A stretch of 63,483 bases of DNA, the filler included, from Saprolegnia diclina VS20 (Eukaryota): NCBI RefSeq assembly GCF_000281045.1. It is 6 parts of 5 records of this genome, joined end to end, with 100 filler letters (N's around TTAATTAATTAA, not from the genome) between each part and the next. Parts side by side here need not be neighbours in the genome. Positions count along the whole stretch, not along the records: positions 41,540 to 56,271 come from NW_008246232.1; positions 56,372 to 61,240 come from NW_008246233.1; 4 more parts are not named here. One strand, given 5' to 3'. A program made the position numbers and the translations under genes. Below, one piece after another: positions 49,849-61,340 of the stretch. The notes below the pieces were generated by a model, which was not told where the DNA came from, did not search any database, and saw only the letters and a program-made list of their open reading frames with translations. The number at the start of each line of letters is the position of its first letter. The first letter of the stretch is position 1.

Positions 49849-50165
49849 CCGTCCGAGAACTTGCCGGGACGCATGATGGCTTGAGCGCCACCGGGGTTCA
49901 TGTTCATGTTCGAGGCGCGGAGGGCATCGGGGGCAAACGCTGCGTGGTTGGTTGACTGGTCGAAAGTGAATAGGGCGATCGCATTCGGGTGCAGCTCGGC
50001 GAACGCAACCAAGACTTCTTCATTCACTTGGTTGATGACGTGATCTGACGTCCAGTAGCCTTCGTTGTTCTTGCCAATCTCGAGAACGCGCGTCGAGAAT
50101 GTCTTCGTGCCGGCGACTTGACGGTAGAGCCTGCCATGACACGGACAAAGAAAATCCTCAATGTC
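49849..50165 (-). mobile_element. IS630/Tc1/mariner-like DDE transposase fragment
   Basis: LEIGKNNEGYWTSDHVINQV...FAELHPNAIALFTFDQSTNHAAFAPDALRASNMNMNPGGAQAIMR is the central part of a DDE transposase family common in fungi and oomycetes. Truncated by the gap. Confidence 0.7.
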
Positions 50166-51420
50166 TTCCAGCCCCGGGCTGCTTTCAATCACTGCAGCCT
50201 TTGGCGCAAAGCGGCCATCAGCCCGTGGGATCGCTCGGGCGTTCTTCACACGTCGACTCGGAGGCGGCATCGCTGTGTGCACATGACCATTCCAACCGTC
50301 CGGATACGACCACCTACACCACCGGATAGCGTACATACAAAAGCCAAGCTATTTAATACAATCCGGATGCGTCCCGTGGTCATATCCGGACGAGGGACGT
50401 GCACCCCCGAGGCCAATAAGGGCTCCAAGCCCATACATTTCTATGTTAAGGTCACGGTGGTAGAACGTCAACTGCTCCGTCATAACACACTCGATTTCGT
50501 TTCTGAGCACTACGCCAGCTTCCTCTTGTCGAGATCTATCGATTCCAGTGCTTTTTAGCTTCTAGGAATAACGTCCGTGAATTTTGATACCTTCCAAGTC
50601 GAGGGCAAATTTTGTCGGTCTTTAGGTGACGTGCTTCATACAGCACCGTCGTCACCGCCCGTTGTGCCATCGTTGGCCAATACCAAATCTGGTCGGGTCG
50701 TTCAGAATGATGGTCGTTGGGTCAACGGTCCAATCACACATCTGGAGCCTCACATCCAGCGATGGAGGAGGGAGGTGTTTGCCGCAGAGTTTAACGCATC
50801 TGGTCCTCGCACCAACTGCACCAACGACGCTATGCTCGACACAGTCATGCCTTTGCACCCTACTGGCAACTTTGGTGGGGCGCTGGTGTAGACTCCATGA
50901 GCAAAGTCGACGTGGTCGATCATCTTCAAGACGACGTCCTGTACACGCTGATTTCGCTTCGGCGACAAGGGCGAGGACAATCATATCGTATGCAAACGTC
51001 CCTTGTGCGACCTTTACGTCGCCAAACCGTGGTCTGACCGGGACAGTCTTCGAAGCCAACACGGTCTTGCGACGGCCATGATACTGGGGTGTCTTCTCGG
51101 ACAAGGCGTTGGTTCTATTGAGTAGGGACACTACAAATTGAACGGCTGCAGATTTGCAGCAGGTTGCATTACACGGAGAACCGTCGCTGAACGCGGAACG
51201 TTGGGTGTGCGCAATCCGTGCAAGGCCATTGGCTGTCTCGTCATGGATTTCAAGGTCGTTTTGGCCAATGGCATACGCCAAAAGCGTGCATTTTCTCGAA
51301 GTTTTTTCGAAGTTGGTAACATTCGAAGGCCCAACGACCAATCAGCTGTCGGTGTCTCTTGGCCAATGCTATGGGCGTGTGCACTTGCGGCGTTTGTCAG
51401 CACAATCGAATCCTTCGACC

Positions 51421-52464
51421 ATGGCTCGCAAGTCCGCCGCCGCCAAGGCCACCTCCGCCGCCCCGACCACGGTCGAGAAGAAGACGCTCGAGCCCGGCTT
51501 CATCGGCGAGCAGCTCAAGCCCGGCCACTCGCTGACGCTCGAGAACCCGACCGAGGAGCTCGCGCTCCAGCTCACGACGGCCGCGCTCGACCACACGGCG
51601 ACGGCTGGCCGCACGACGCTCTACATTGCGACCGAGCGCAACCCGACTAAGATCGCCGTGTGCACGTTGGATGCGGACAAGTTCCCGCAGTGGAACGTCG
51701 GCCAGACCTTCTCGCCCATGGACGGCGAGGTCTCGTTCAGCGTCGAGGGCACCAACACGATCCACTTGACGGGCTTTGTCGACGCTGAGATGGACGGCGA
51801 CATGGACCCGGAAGATGACATGTACGGCAGCGATGACGACGACGCCGACATGCTCGACATGGAAGAGGAAATGGACTCGGAAGATGAGCACGATGAGGAT
51901 GAGGAAGACGAGGTCGAAGACTCGGGCCGCTTTGAAGTCATTGAAGAAGTCCAGAAGGGCGCCAAGAAGGAGGCGACGCCCGAGAAGAAGGTGGTCAAGA
52001 AGGAGGCGACGCCCGAGAAGAAGGAAGTCAAGAAGGAGGCCACGCCGGAGAAGAAGGAGGCGGCCAAGGACGCCAAGAAGCGCCCGGCCGAGGAGTCGGC
52101 CAAGGATGCCAAGAAGGCCAAGGTCCTCAAGCAGCTCAAGGGCGGCGTGACGGTCGAAGAGCTCGTCATTGGCAAGGGCAAGGTCGCACAGAAGGGCCGC
52201 AAGGTGCAGATCCTCTACAAGGGCACGCTCGCCAAGAACGGCAAGCAGTTTGACGCCAACACGAACCGCAAGAGCCCGTTCGCGTTCCGTCTCGGCGTCG
52301 GCGACGTCATCGCCGGGTTTGACATTGGCGTCGACGGCATGCGCGTCGGCGGCAAGCGCATCGTCAACATCCCGTCCAAGATGGGCTACGGCGCGCGCGG
52401 CGCGGGCAAGGACATTCCGGGCAACTCGGACCTTGTCTTCGAAATTGAACTCATGAACGCTTAA
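51421..52464 (+). CDS. Nucleoplasmin-domain FKBP-type peptidyl-prolyl isomerase (Fpr3/Fpr4/FKBP53-like)
   Basis: N-terminal nucleoplasmin-like core (FSVEGTNTIHLTG), acidic tract, Lys-rich KKEATPEKK repeats and FKBP domain (YKGTL..GKQFD..FRLGVGDVIAGFDIGVDGMRVGGKR..IPSKMGYG..IPGNSDLVFEIEL). Confidence 0.95.
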   Translation: MARKSAAAKATSAAPTTVEKKTLEPGFIGEQLKPGHSLTLENPTEELALQLTTAALDHTATAGRTTLYIATERNPTKIAVCTLDADKFPQWNVGQTFSPMDGEVSFSVEGTNTIHLTGFVDAEMDGDMDPEDDMYGSDDDDADMLDMEEEMDSEDEHDEDEEDEVEDSGRFEVIEEVQKGAKKEATPEKKVVKKEATPEKKEVKKEATPEKKEAAKDAKKRPAEESAKDAKKAKVLKQLKGGVTVEELVIGKGKVAQKGRKVQILYKGTLAKNGKQFDANTNRKSPFAFRLGVGDVIAGFDIGVDGMRVGGKRIVNIPSKMGYGARGAGKDIPGNSDLVFEIELMNA

Positions 52465-53054
52465 ACACTTCAAATATAACACTACCCCTAGACTTAATCC
52501 AGACTTATGCCGCAGCAATAGGTCTCGACCCCACGTGCTGTCGCCATCAGCAATACTGTCTCTGCAATACTGTCTCTGCNNNNNNNNNNNNNNNNNNNNN
52601 NNNNNNNNNNNNNNNNNNNNNNNNNNNNNNNNNNNNNNNNNNNNNNNNNNNNNNNNNNNNNNNNNNNNNNNNNNNNNNNNNNNNNNNNNNNNNNNNNNNN
52701 NNNNNNNNNNNNNNNNNNNNNNNNNNNNNNNNNNNNNNNNNNNNNNNNNNNNNNNNNNNNNNNNNNNNNNNNNNNNNNNNNNNNNNNNNNNNNNNNNNNN
52801 NNNNNNNNNNNNNNNNNNNNNNNNNNNNNNNNNNNNNNNNNNNNNNNNNNNNNNNNNNNNNNNNNNNNNNNNNNNNNNNNNNNNNNNNNNNNNNNNNNNN
52901 NNNNNNNNNNNNNNNNNNNNNNNNNNNNNNNNNNNNNNNNNNNNNNNNNNNNNNNNNNNNNNNNNNNNAGCAACGGCCAGAGAGTATTTGTTGTTGATGT
53001 ATGCAAACCAAGGATACTGCGACTATCATGTCAATACAATAGTAAATTATAGAG

Positions 53055-55490
53055 TTAGGGTTTCGACGAGTCGCTGTGGATAACTGTGCCCGTCGTGCCG
53101 TGCTCGGACCGGTGGGTCATTGCAATCTCGAGGACGCGGCAGTCGATGACCACTTCGGGGCCGTACGACGCACCGGTCCGCGCCAGCGCCTTGTCGACTT
53201 GACCGCCGCTCGCAAAGCAGCCCGGCCAAAAGTTGGCGGCCGCCAAGTCCGTATCCAGAAGCCCCACGTGCTTGAGCGCGGCCGCAATCTAGTACCGAGA
53301 ATACCGTAAAAACAAGCAATTTTTGTGGAAACGACGGGAATACCAATTCCGAGCAGAAAAAGCCCGACAGCGTCGCATTTGTCTCTTCTTGCTTGACGAG
53401 CTTGCCAAGTGTCATCACGTACGGCTTGCCCTCGACCTGTGGATATACAAAGTTGATACAAAGTTGATACAATTCCTCCGCACCTGATTGGCAAACGCAG
53501 CGAGCTGTGCAGCGACGTCCGTCAAGTCCATCGTCGGTGGCAGCGACAACTTGCGGAGCGCCATGTACTTTGTAAAGCAGGACGTGTACGCTAAAATGCG
53601 CGGCACCTATAAACAGTGTGCACACTATTTCAAAGCAAGCGCTCCGTCGTACGAGCGGGAAGATGGTGACGCCGTCGCCGGTCGCTTCCAACAGCATGAG
53701 TCGGTGGCGCGAATGAGGCACCTCGACAACGATGCCCACATGGTCCCACTCGGCCCCCGTCACCTAGTGGTCCATCACACAACGTGTCCATACAAATATA
53801 CAGCAAAAGTACCGAGCGCTGGACTCCGCTCATCGAGTTCTTGGATCGAAAAAGCACTAAGTCCCCAACCGCGACGAACCGATGCAAAATGCGCAAATGC
53901 ACCACGTCCCGCGGAATGCCCGAGGCGCGCTCGTGCTCGAGCGACGTGGTCGACACCGCTACGAGCGGAAGAATGAGCAACCATCTCCTATTCAAAAGGT
54001 GTCTCTTCTACGACGGACCGCCAAGGAATGAGAGGAACCGGGGCGACTCCATGACCCCTGGCATGGGCAAAAGCTGCCGCAAGAAGCTCTCGAGCGCGAG
54101 CTGACGCTCCAAGACAAACGCTTCGTCGACGCTTGGCAGCCTACGTATCTTGGTGAGACGTCGTCGTCTTCTCTAACTGCCTCAAACCAGGTTTTCGGGG
54201 GCAGTGACGGCAGCACCATCGACAAGTCGCTCGAGAGCTGCGATTGGAGGTCGCAAAAGTCGCGGTACCGGCGCGTCACGTGCCACTTGAGCTCGCCATG
54301 ACACACCGAGATGCAATACATCTACCCATACCCTGAGCTTTGAAAGCGAGACGAGGTACGACGTACAGTGTAGATGGCCTCGGCGAGGTCTTTGACCGTC
54401 TTGCTGGACGAGATGGCGAGCTCAAATTCCGTTGGCAAAGCAGAGGACGCGGGCACAAGCCGCAGCTGGAGGCTTGGCACGACCTCTTCGCAGACGCTCG
54501 AGCACGTATGTTGCCAGTGGTCGTACGCCATGGTGAGCGCGGGCGGATCGCGCTTGACGACGAGCTCATCGAGCCGGACGTCCTCTTCGCGCTTCCAGAT
54601 CGTTTGTGGATTCGTCGGCGACTCGTTGCAGCTGCAGCGAAAGGCAAGGCCACACGAGGGGCATGCGTCCAGCTGGAACACGGTTGATGCTTCGTCGATT
54701 GCAAAGCCGGCGCTGAAATGCTTGGCGCCACCGAGCTCGTCGACGACGACCACATCGACCCAGAGGTTGTCTCGCAAGAGCACGTGCACGATCTTCATGT
54801 GCTCGTGGCTGGCGCGCGCAGCGTTGACCATGAAGAGCTTGATCTCGACTTCTTCGCGGCCCGTCGACGCCTTCTTGAACGTAATAGCATACGTGTCCTG
54901 GAGGATGTTCAAGTCCAAGTCCATGGGCGGCGCCGAGATGGACGACGCGACCGAGGACGACGACGCGCCGCTGGCTTCGAGCGGATCGCTCGACTCGGCG
55001 AGCTGGCACCCGCGGGCATATGCGTACGCTTCGTTCATGGACACGGATGTTCGTGATGCAATCGATGACGAGGACGATGCGATAGAGATCATGTCGTTCG
55101 AGAGCATGGGGATCGCCGACTCGTTCGTCATGGGCGGGCTCGCGTACGCGGACGTATTGTCGGTCGGCGCCGGCGTCGGTGGGCGGACGCTGGCCTCGGC
55201 CCGGCCGCGCAAGAAGAGAAACACAATCTTCTTGATCAAGCCTGCGGGCAAGCACGCGAGCTTGCAGTTGGTCGACTCGAGGCGTAGGCGGCTGCGTTGA
55301 TTGTCGACGTGGACGTGCAGCGTCTTGAGCTTGAAGCGCTGCGGACACGCCTAGCAGTACGTCGTGGGCATGAGGCGCCATGCAGAGAACGTCATCATCT
55401 GCGTACGTGGCGGTCGGCGGCGCGTGCGCCGTCCAGGCGGGCGTCGCCAAAGCACGAGGTCGCGTAGCACACGAGGCCGTCCCAGCCCAT
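53055..55490 (-). CDS. PX domain + permuted papain-like amidase (NlpC/P60, YiiX/C92) protein, multi-exon
   Basis: PX: YCISV..KWHVTRRYRDFCDLQSQL..LPSLPPKTWF. C92: GDLVLFRS, EWDHVGIVV, LLEATGDGV, GKPY, FFCSEL and FWPGCF. Putative first exon MGWDGLVCYATSCFGD. Confidence 0.8.
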
Positions 55491-56371
55491 GCCGGTCGCG
55501 GTCCCAGCTTCGAAATGGCCGAGCTAGCAAGTGCAGCACGGCGTTGTGGTATTTTATTACCTCGATGTTTGTATGCTCGTTGCTCGAACGTAAAAAAATG
55601 GTATAAGCACGGCCATTGCAATCTTTTTCGCCGCGTCTCATTGGTAGAAATACGGATACAAGATGCTCGCGCAGCCAATGAGCGCAGGCGGATTGAAGCG
55701 GTGCAGGAGCTGGTGCAGGCCCGAGTCATCGAAGCGCCTCTGCGGTCACTTCATCGGCGGCGACCTGTCCCTGGCATGGCAACTGCATGGCCTATGTACA
55801 CAGTAGGGCGACTGCCTTGGCGCGGTAAGACGTAGCCGGCAACGCATGCATTGCCTCCTGCACGAGTGAAGAGCCAGCGGTCGTGACAAGGTAGAAGCCG
55901 AGCGCAGGATGGCTTCAGAAGACTCGAGGCGTACTGACTGCAATGACCAGCATCGCAGCTGAGATCTTATTGGCGCCGCAGCTGCGAGCCCGTCGGTGGA
56001 CGCCTGAAGCATGCGAGTATGCCCACATTTGGACAGAAAGGGTTGGCAGCGTGCAATGACCACTGTGCAAACTCTAGAAGTATCACTTGAGATACCAAGG
56101 CGCGTCGCATTCTCCGCGCCGACCATACTTGGTGCCTCGACGCCTCGCACATTCCTGAGCTACGATCAAGCACCTCCGCTGGACGCACCAGCCATGCCTC
56201 GCGAGCGCATTACGAAGTCCACCATTTTCGCCTTTATATTTGCATGTTGATTAGCTCATTTCAACATCAAGNNNNNNNNNNNNNNNNNNNNNNNNNNNNN
56301 NNNNNNNNNNNNNNNTTAATTAATTAANNNNNNNNNNNNNNNNNNNNNNNNNNNNNNNNNNNNNNNNNNNN

Positions 56372-56614
56372 TTGAAAGTCGGCGCGCATCGCGGCCGCGT
56401 GCTCGGCGAGGTACGTGTCGACGGCGGCTTGCGACGGCGCTGTGTACCGGCTGCGGAATGTCGTTGGGTGGCACTGCTCAAACTCGGCCTTGGTAAAGCA
56501 GCCCGTCGCGAGCATGTCCTGGAGGTGCCCGCCGCGCATGTAGGCGAGCAGCAATGTGACACTCTCGGCGTCGCAGTAGTTGGTCACTTCGTACACGACC
56601 GTTGTCGTCGCCAT
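56372..56614 (-). CDS. DUF4286-family small protein (3' end in gap)
   Basis: VVYEVT...YMRGGHLQDMLATGCFTKAEF...Y.APSQAAVDTYLAEHAAAMRADF is the characteristic DUF4286 pattern. Confidence 0.75.
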
Positions 56615-56720
56615 AGCTGGCTGCCTTTCCAAGATGGCCGTTTGATTTATTTTCGGCATGTTGGCATTCTCCAACATGGCATGTGCCGCAAATACGAGGC
56701 AAGGTTCATTGCCGGATCTG

Positions 56721-58881
56721 ATGCTCGGGTGCTCATACAGCGCCGACCTCGCTTGGGTCGTGGCCACCGCGACCGCGTACGCGACGGGCTCGGCCGCTGG
56801 GCTTGGCCTCATGACGTCGCTGGGCGTTGCCTTTATGATCACGTGGTACAGCCTCCGGACGCTCGATCGGTACGCGTTCACCGCCCTTTTGCACGCCGAG
56901 GTCGGCGTCTGGGCATCGTCGCCGACACTCGCCGTGGCCTTGCGCCTTGTCGACGGCGCCTTCCACATTGTGCTGCCGTGCTATCTGCTCGTCAAGTACT
57001 TGGACGCGATTCAGCTCTGGATGAGCCCACTGTCGCTCGGCTTGGTCTACGTCGTGCACCACCCGAGCCTGGTGATGCCAACCGTCGTGTCTCGCCTGTA
57101 CATCGTATCTCACGCTACGCGCCCTCTCTCACTGTGCGCGGTAGGCACCTGCCGTACGAGTTTACACCGCCGCGCTCGCCGCAGTTTTGGGCCGCCCTGT
57201 ACAAGATGGAGCTGCTTCTGTGTACTAGCGTGCCCATCTTGGCCTGTCTTGTCTGCGCCGTACACCCGGTCCCTTGTCGAGTCGCAGCTCATATGTGTCT
57301 AGCGCTCGTTCTTCATGTACTCGCTTACGCTGCTCATTGGTGCCATTGTCATGACCATGCAAGTGCTGCGGTCGCTTCTGCTACCAAAGATCCGCGGCGC
57401 GGCCGCCACCATCATGCACCGTCTCCTCCAGCACGGCGAAATCCAAGTTGCCAACCCCGATGCGACAACAACAGTCCCCGATACACCCTGGGTACGTCGT
57501 CGCCTCTTGTCGTCGCTTATTTTTGTCAATTTTTTGTTCATTTTTGCTCATTTTTGCTCATTTTTGCTCATTTTTGCTCATTTCTCGCAGGACATTGTTG
57601 TGCAAGACCACGCGTTCTGGCTCGACTGGATGAGTGACGGGCTGGTCGCGATTGGTGACTCGTTCGTCTCGGGGCAGTGGGAGGTCAACCCGAACGGCCA
57701 GCAGACACTCGACTCGATCGTGCTTCGGCTGTTGACACTGCCCGTCGAGGCGCGCCGGTAGCCTCCATTTTGATCGTATCCCACGTGTCGATTTCGTTGT
57801 GGACTGTAGAGAAATGTACCAGTCGTGGTACGCACGCGTCGTGTCGCTTGCGGCGCGCATCTTTAGCTACCCGCCGTCGTCGGCCGGACTCATTGGCGCG
57901 CCGGTACAATGCACTACGTTCTGATGGCTAGCGTTTACGCAAGGTACAGGTGGCCGAGCAGTACGACGTGAGTGCGACGTTTCGTCAGCCGTACATGGCA
58001 TCGAGCCCGTACTTTTTTCACGGGTTTGGCCTCTGGGCGTCGCCGCACGACACCGTCGTCGAGGCCCAAGAGCGCACGCTGCACATGATGGCGGAGAAGC
58101 TCCAGCTGCAGCCCGGCGACCACGTGCTGGACCTGCACCTCGCCTCGTGCGGTGGCGTCGGTGTCTTCTTTGCCAAGTACTACAACGTGCATGTGCTCTC
58201 GATCCTCGGGTCGCGGTCGGACGAAGCGATCGCTGTCAAGATTGCGCAGCGCGCCGGGCTCACGGACCAAGTGCACCGGCTCGTGGTCGAGCCCGGCTTG
58301 GACGTACAACCGCCAAACGCTTGTGCGCGCTGACGGCGACGCCTTTGTAGGTGGCGCACGCACTGAGCACACTCTTGCCGAAGCGGTTCCAAGCGATCGC
58401 GGCCGGCCACGTCCTCGAAGTGCTGCCGGCGATGGAGATGCCGCGGCTGCTCTCGCTCCTCCGCGACAAGTTGTCTCAAAATGGCCGACTCTTGCTCGAC
58501 TTTGTCGCGTCGCCGACACGCGCCAACACGCACGCGTGGTCCAACAAGCACATTGTACCGCGGCAGCCGTTTGTGGCGGTGTCCTACTCGACGGTATTCA
58601 TGTCGTCCTGGTGAGTGCTGAGACGAGAGGGGTAGGTCAAGGCAGCGCTCGTGTCGGTCGGCTGGACCATTCTCGAGGCGCATTCGTACGCTGACCACTA
58701 CGACAAGACGTATGTGGCCTGGAACGACGCGTTCCAAGCGACGTGGACCGAGAGCTATGTGCGCGAACTGCCCGAGAGCTTTCGCCGGACGTGGGAGTTT
58801 TACCTCCTGCACACGGCCGCTTGCTACCGCGCTCGCAACCTCCAGGGCTACCAAGTGACGCTGCAGCCGTCCTCGCTGTGA
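56721..58881 (+). CDS. Cyclopropane-fatty-acyl-phospholipid synthase-like protein fused to an N-terminal multi-TM domain, multi-exon
   Basis: DIVVQD..FW....GLVAIGDSFVSGQWE, AQERTLHMMAEKLQLQPGDHVLD, HYDKTYVAW and FRRTWEFYL..A.CYRAR.LQGYQVTL. The exons join in frame to the hydrophobic N-terminal region (introns ~57098-57143, ~57260-57302). Confidence 0.8.
57520..57583. repeat. 10-bp minisatellite (TTTTTGCTCA)n within an intron
   Basis: Four perfect and two degenerate copies between GT donor 57492 and AG acceptor 57590. Confidence 0.9.
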
Positions 58882-59638
58882 GACGAGCCATGATTGAAGA
58901 AATGCATTGTACAATGTTTTTTGTTGTTGTGGCATAAGGCTGCTGCAAAGGCTGTGGCTAAGGCTGTTGTATGCATCGATATGTCAGAACATTCTTGTCT
59001 GTGCTAGGATCTTGGCTAGTCGCAGATGACCCGAGTACAACGTCGAATGATGATGGAAGGAGTGCGGCCTGCCCACGGATGGATGTGCGGTTCTCGAGGA
59101 TGAGTGGTTGGGTTGACCGTCGAGGCCAACTACAAGACACCTCACTGTTACGAAGTGCATTCGTACCGGCCTGCAGGTTGATGTGCCTTTCCGAGCGCCT
59201 TCCAGACCTGTGAGCTTCGTCGATTCTTCTTGTGTTGACGCATCGAAAATGGTACCACCGTCCGGAAGGATGACGGACGTGGCGGGCGTCGCCTGTACTA
59301 GTATGCAGCGTCAGCAGGCACCTCCCATAGGCGCGTGTAGCGGTGCTGACGGTGTCGTTGCGGGAAGCGGACCTGTCTACAAGCTACGACAAGGGTGCTT
59401 CCAGGCACAGGCGCGCAGCAGTGTCCATCTGAGACGCCACCGCACAGCGGCTCTGAACGACGCTGGATCAGCATCCGCACCGGTGCCGGGCTCTGGCACG
59501 AAGGCAGGGTTGGCTTGGCATGGCTAATCTCGGCCAAGAAGCGAGTCACGGTAATACGCAGCCTTGCTCCTGCTACCGATGCTAGTACATCCAACACGCT
59601 TGCAGCGTGGACCGGGGCATGTCCAAGTGCGCGGGACT

Positions 59639-59970
59639 ATGCAATTGTCGCCCAGTTGCCGATGCGCCGTCCTCATGGGCAAACACCAGTGGCAAAGCGC
59701 GTTGGACGTTGTCCTCTTCCCGTCGTCCTCTCCCGCTGCCTCGCCACGTACAAAAAAGAAGAAGGCAACGACCAAGCCGTACGTCTGCCACGTAGACGGG
59801 TGCGACCGCCACGGCCTGTGCCACCGGCACGGCGACAGTGAGTCTGCCAGATGCCACCCAGCGCAACCAAGGACCGAGGTCGCGGTTTTTGCATCAAGCA
59901 TGGCGGCGGCCGGCAGTGTCTTGTAAATGGCTGCCGCAAAATAGGTCGGCGCCAAGGCTTCTGCGATGTC
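59639..59970 (+). pseudogene. Decayed copy of a WRKY19-like zinc-finger gene
   Basis: CHVDGCDR-HGLCHRHG then, after a frameshift, KDRGRGFCIKHGGGRQCLVNGCRKIGRRQGFC. It aligns to 60711-61094 with a 12-nt deletion and a frameshift. Confidence 0.75.
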
Positions 59971-60677
59971 GTCGAGTCGACGCCGGTTCGCACCCTCCAT
60001 CCATCCTTGCGGTGCATACAAACCCGTTTCTGCCTAGAGTGGGATGGTTGCGTAGTCGAGAACGGCTGGCGGAATCATCGTGGTACTAACGTGAAACAGG
60101 AAAGACACTCGTTTGGTTTAGTGTACACCATGAGTGTACACTGCATATAGTCACGCCGCTTGGAACAGATTCGCGCCAGAGGCATTCTGCTGTTGCTCGA
60201 CTGGATGGACCACTTGCGACCCGTCACCACGTCTGTCTTCGAGAAAGGACGGCCTCGTGGGGTCGGCCATACGACGCTGCACGTTCCCGACGTCTTCTTT
60301 CGCACCCAGCAGGTTCGCCGAAGCCTCATTGCCGTGGGACGACGCGCCAGGACTTCAACAAGTTGGGGTTTTGGTGCCGTGCCAAACTCGTGGGACCACG
60401 TCCTTGCGCCAACAATCGCCGGATTCCAAGCACATAGCGGCTGCATTAGCACCGCATTGGCCACGTACTTGGTGAGAGACTGGGCCGGTCCCACGTCATC
60501 ATCCCCCGACACGAGAGCATCTGGCGGCGTTTACTCACAAGAGAGCATACAAAGACCGTATTTAAGTACCGTCCATTGCTGGTCGTGGCGTGAACACGCG
60601 CTGCAGCTGGTGTTGCTTCCAGCCGGACGAAGACAGGACACCGATAACTAAACCGCTTCGTATCCTGTAGCATGGTG

Positions 60678-60696
60678 TGTCATTTTCAATTTTGCA
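60678..60696 (+). promoter_or_regulatory. Oomycete Inr+FPR core promoter
   Basis: TGTCATTTTCAATTTTGCA about 15 nt upstream of ATG 60711. Confidence 0.7.
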
Positions 60697-60710
60697 CTTG
60701 ACGTACGACG

Positions 60711-61094
60711 ATGCTTGTGACGCTGCTCCTCAACGAGACGACGCCGCCGACGCTCTTCCGGTCCATCCCGATTTCGTTTCTCCTCAGTACGACCGACGCT
60801 ACGGACGACGAAGAGAAGCAGATCGACGTCGTCAAGCCCAAGAAGACCGTGCCCAAATACTGCTGCAACATGGACGGCTGCGACCGCGTCTCGCAGCGCT
60901 TTGGCCTCTGCCATCGCCATGGCGGCAAGCGCGCGTGCAAGGCCCCCAACTGCGAGTCCAAGGACCGCGGCAGCGGCTTTTGCATCAAGCACGGCGGCGG
61001 CCGGCCCTGTGAGATTGCCACGTGCACGAAAAAGGTTCGGCGAAAGGGCGTGTGCGCGCAGCATTTTCGCCAGCTCTACCACGCCTCGCCGTAG
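60711..61094 (+). CDS. Small WRKY19-like (C-x4-C-x10-C-x2-H-GG) zinc-finger repeat protein
   Basis: Three fingers: CNMDGC..GLCHRHGG, CKAPNC..GFCIKHGGG and CEIATC..GVCAQH. Confidence 0.9.
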   Translation: MLVTLLLNETTPPTLFRSIPISFLLSTTDATDDEEKQIDVVKPKKTVPKYCCNMDGCDRVSQRFGLCHRHGGKRACKAPNCESKDRGSGFCIKHGGGRPCEIATCTKKVRRKGVCAQHFRQLYHASP

Positions 61095-61340
61095 TCTAGT
61101 ATCCTCACACTCTTTTTTATTTAATGTCGATCGACGCCCGCTTTAACGACAACTTGTGCGTCTCTTTACCAGTACAACGTCGTTTGTCTCGCGCTGACAG
61201 TAATCTTGGGAAGCTGTCCTGGGACGGTGAGGACCGTAGCNNNNNNNNNNNNNNNNNNNNNNNNNNNNNNNNNNNNNNNNNNNNTTAATTAATTAANNNN
61301 NNNNNNNNNNNNNNNNNNNNNNNNNNNNNNNNNNNNNNNN

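Noticed and set aside
48381..50336. 651-aa ORF joining a transposase fragment to the Mpo1-like gene
   Set aside because: Continuity exists only through 580 Ns, so there is no evidence of a real fusion.
52547..52579. 14-bp tandem repeat GCAATACTGTCTCT at a gap edge; also 11-bp repeat at 53446-53472 and 12-bp duplication at 4162-4187
   Set aside because: Short slippage repeats in intergenic or intronic DNA, with too little sequence to interpret.
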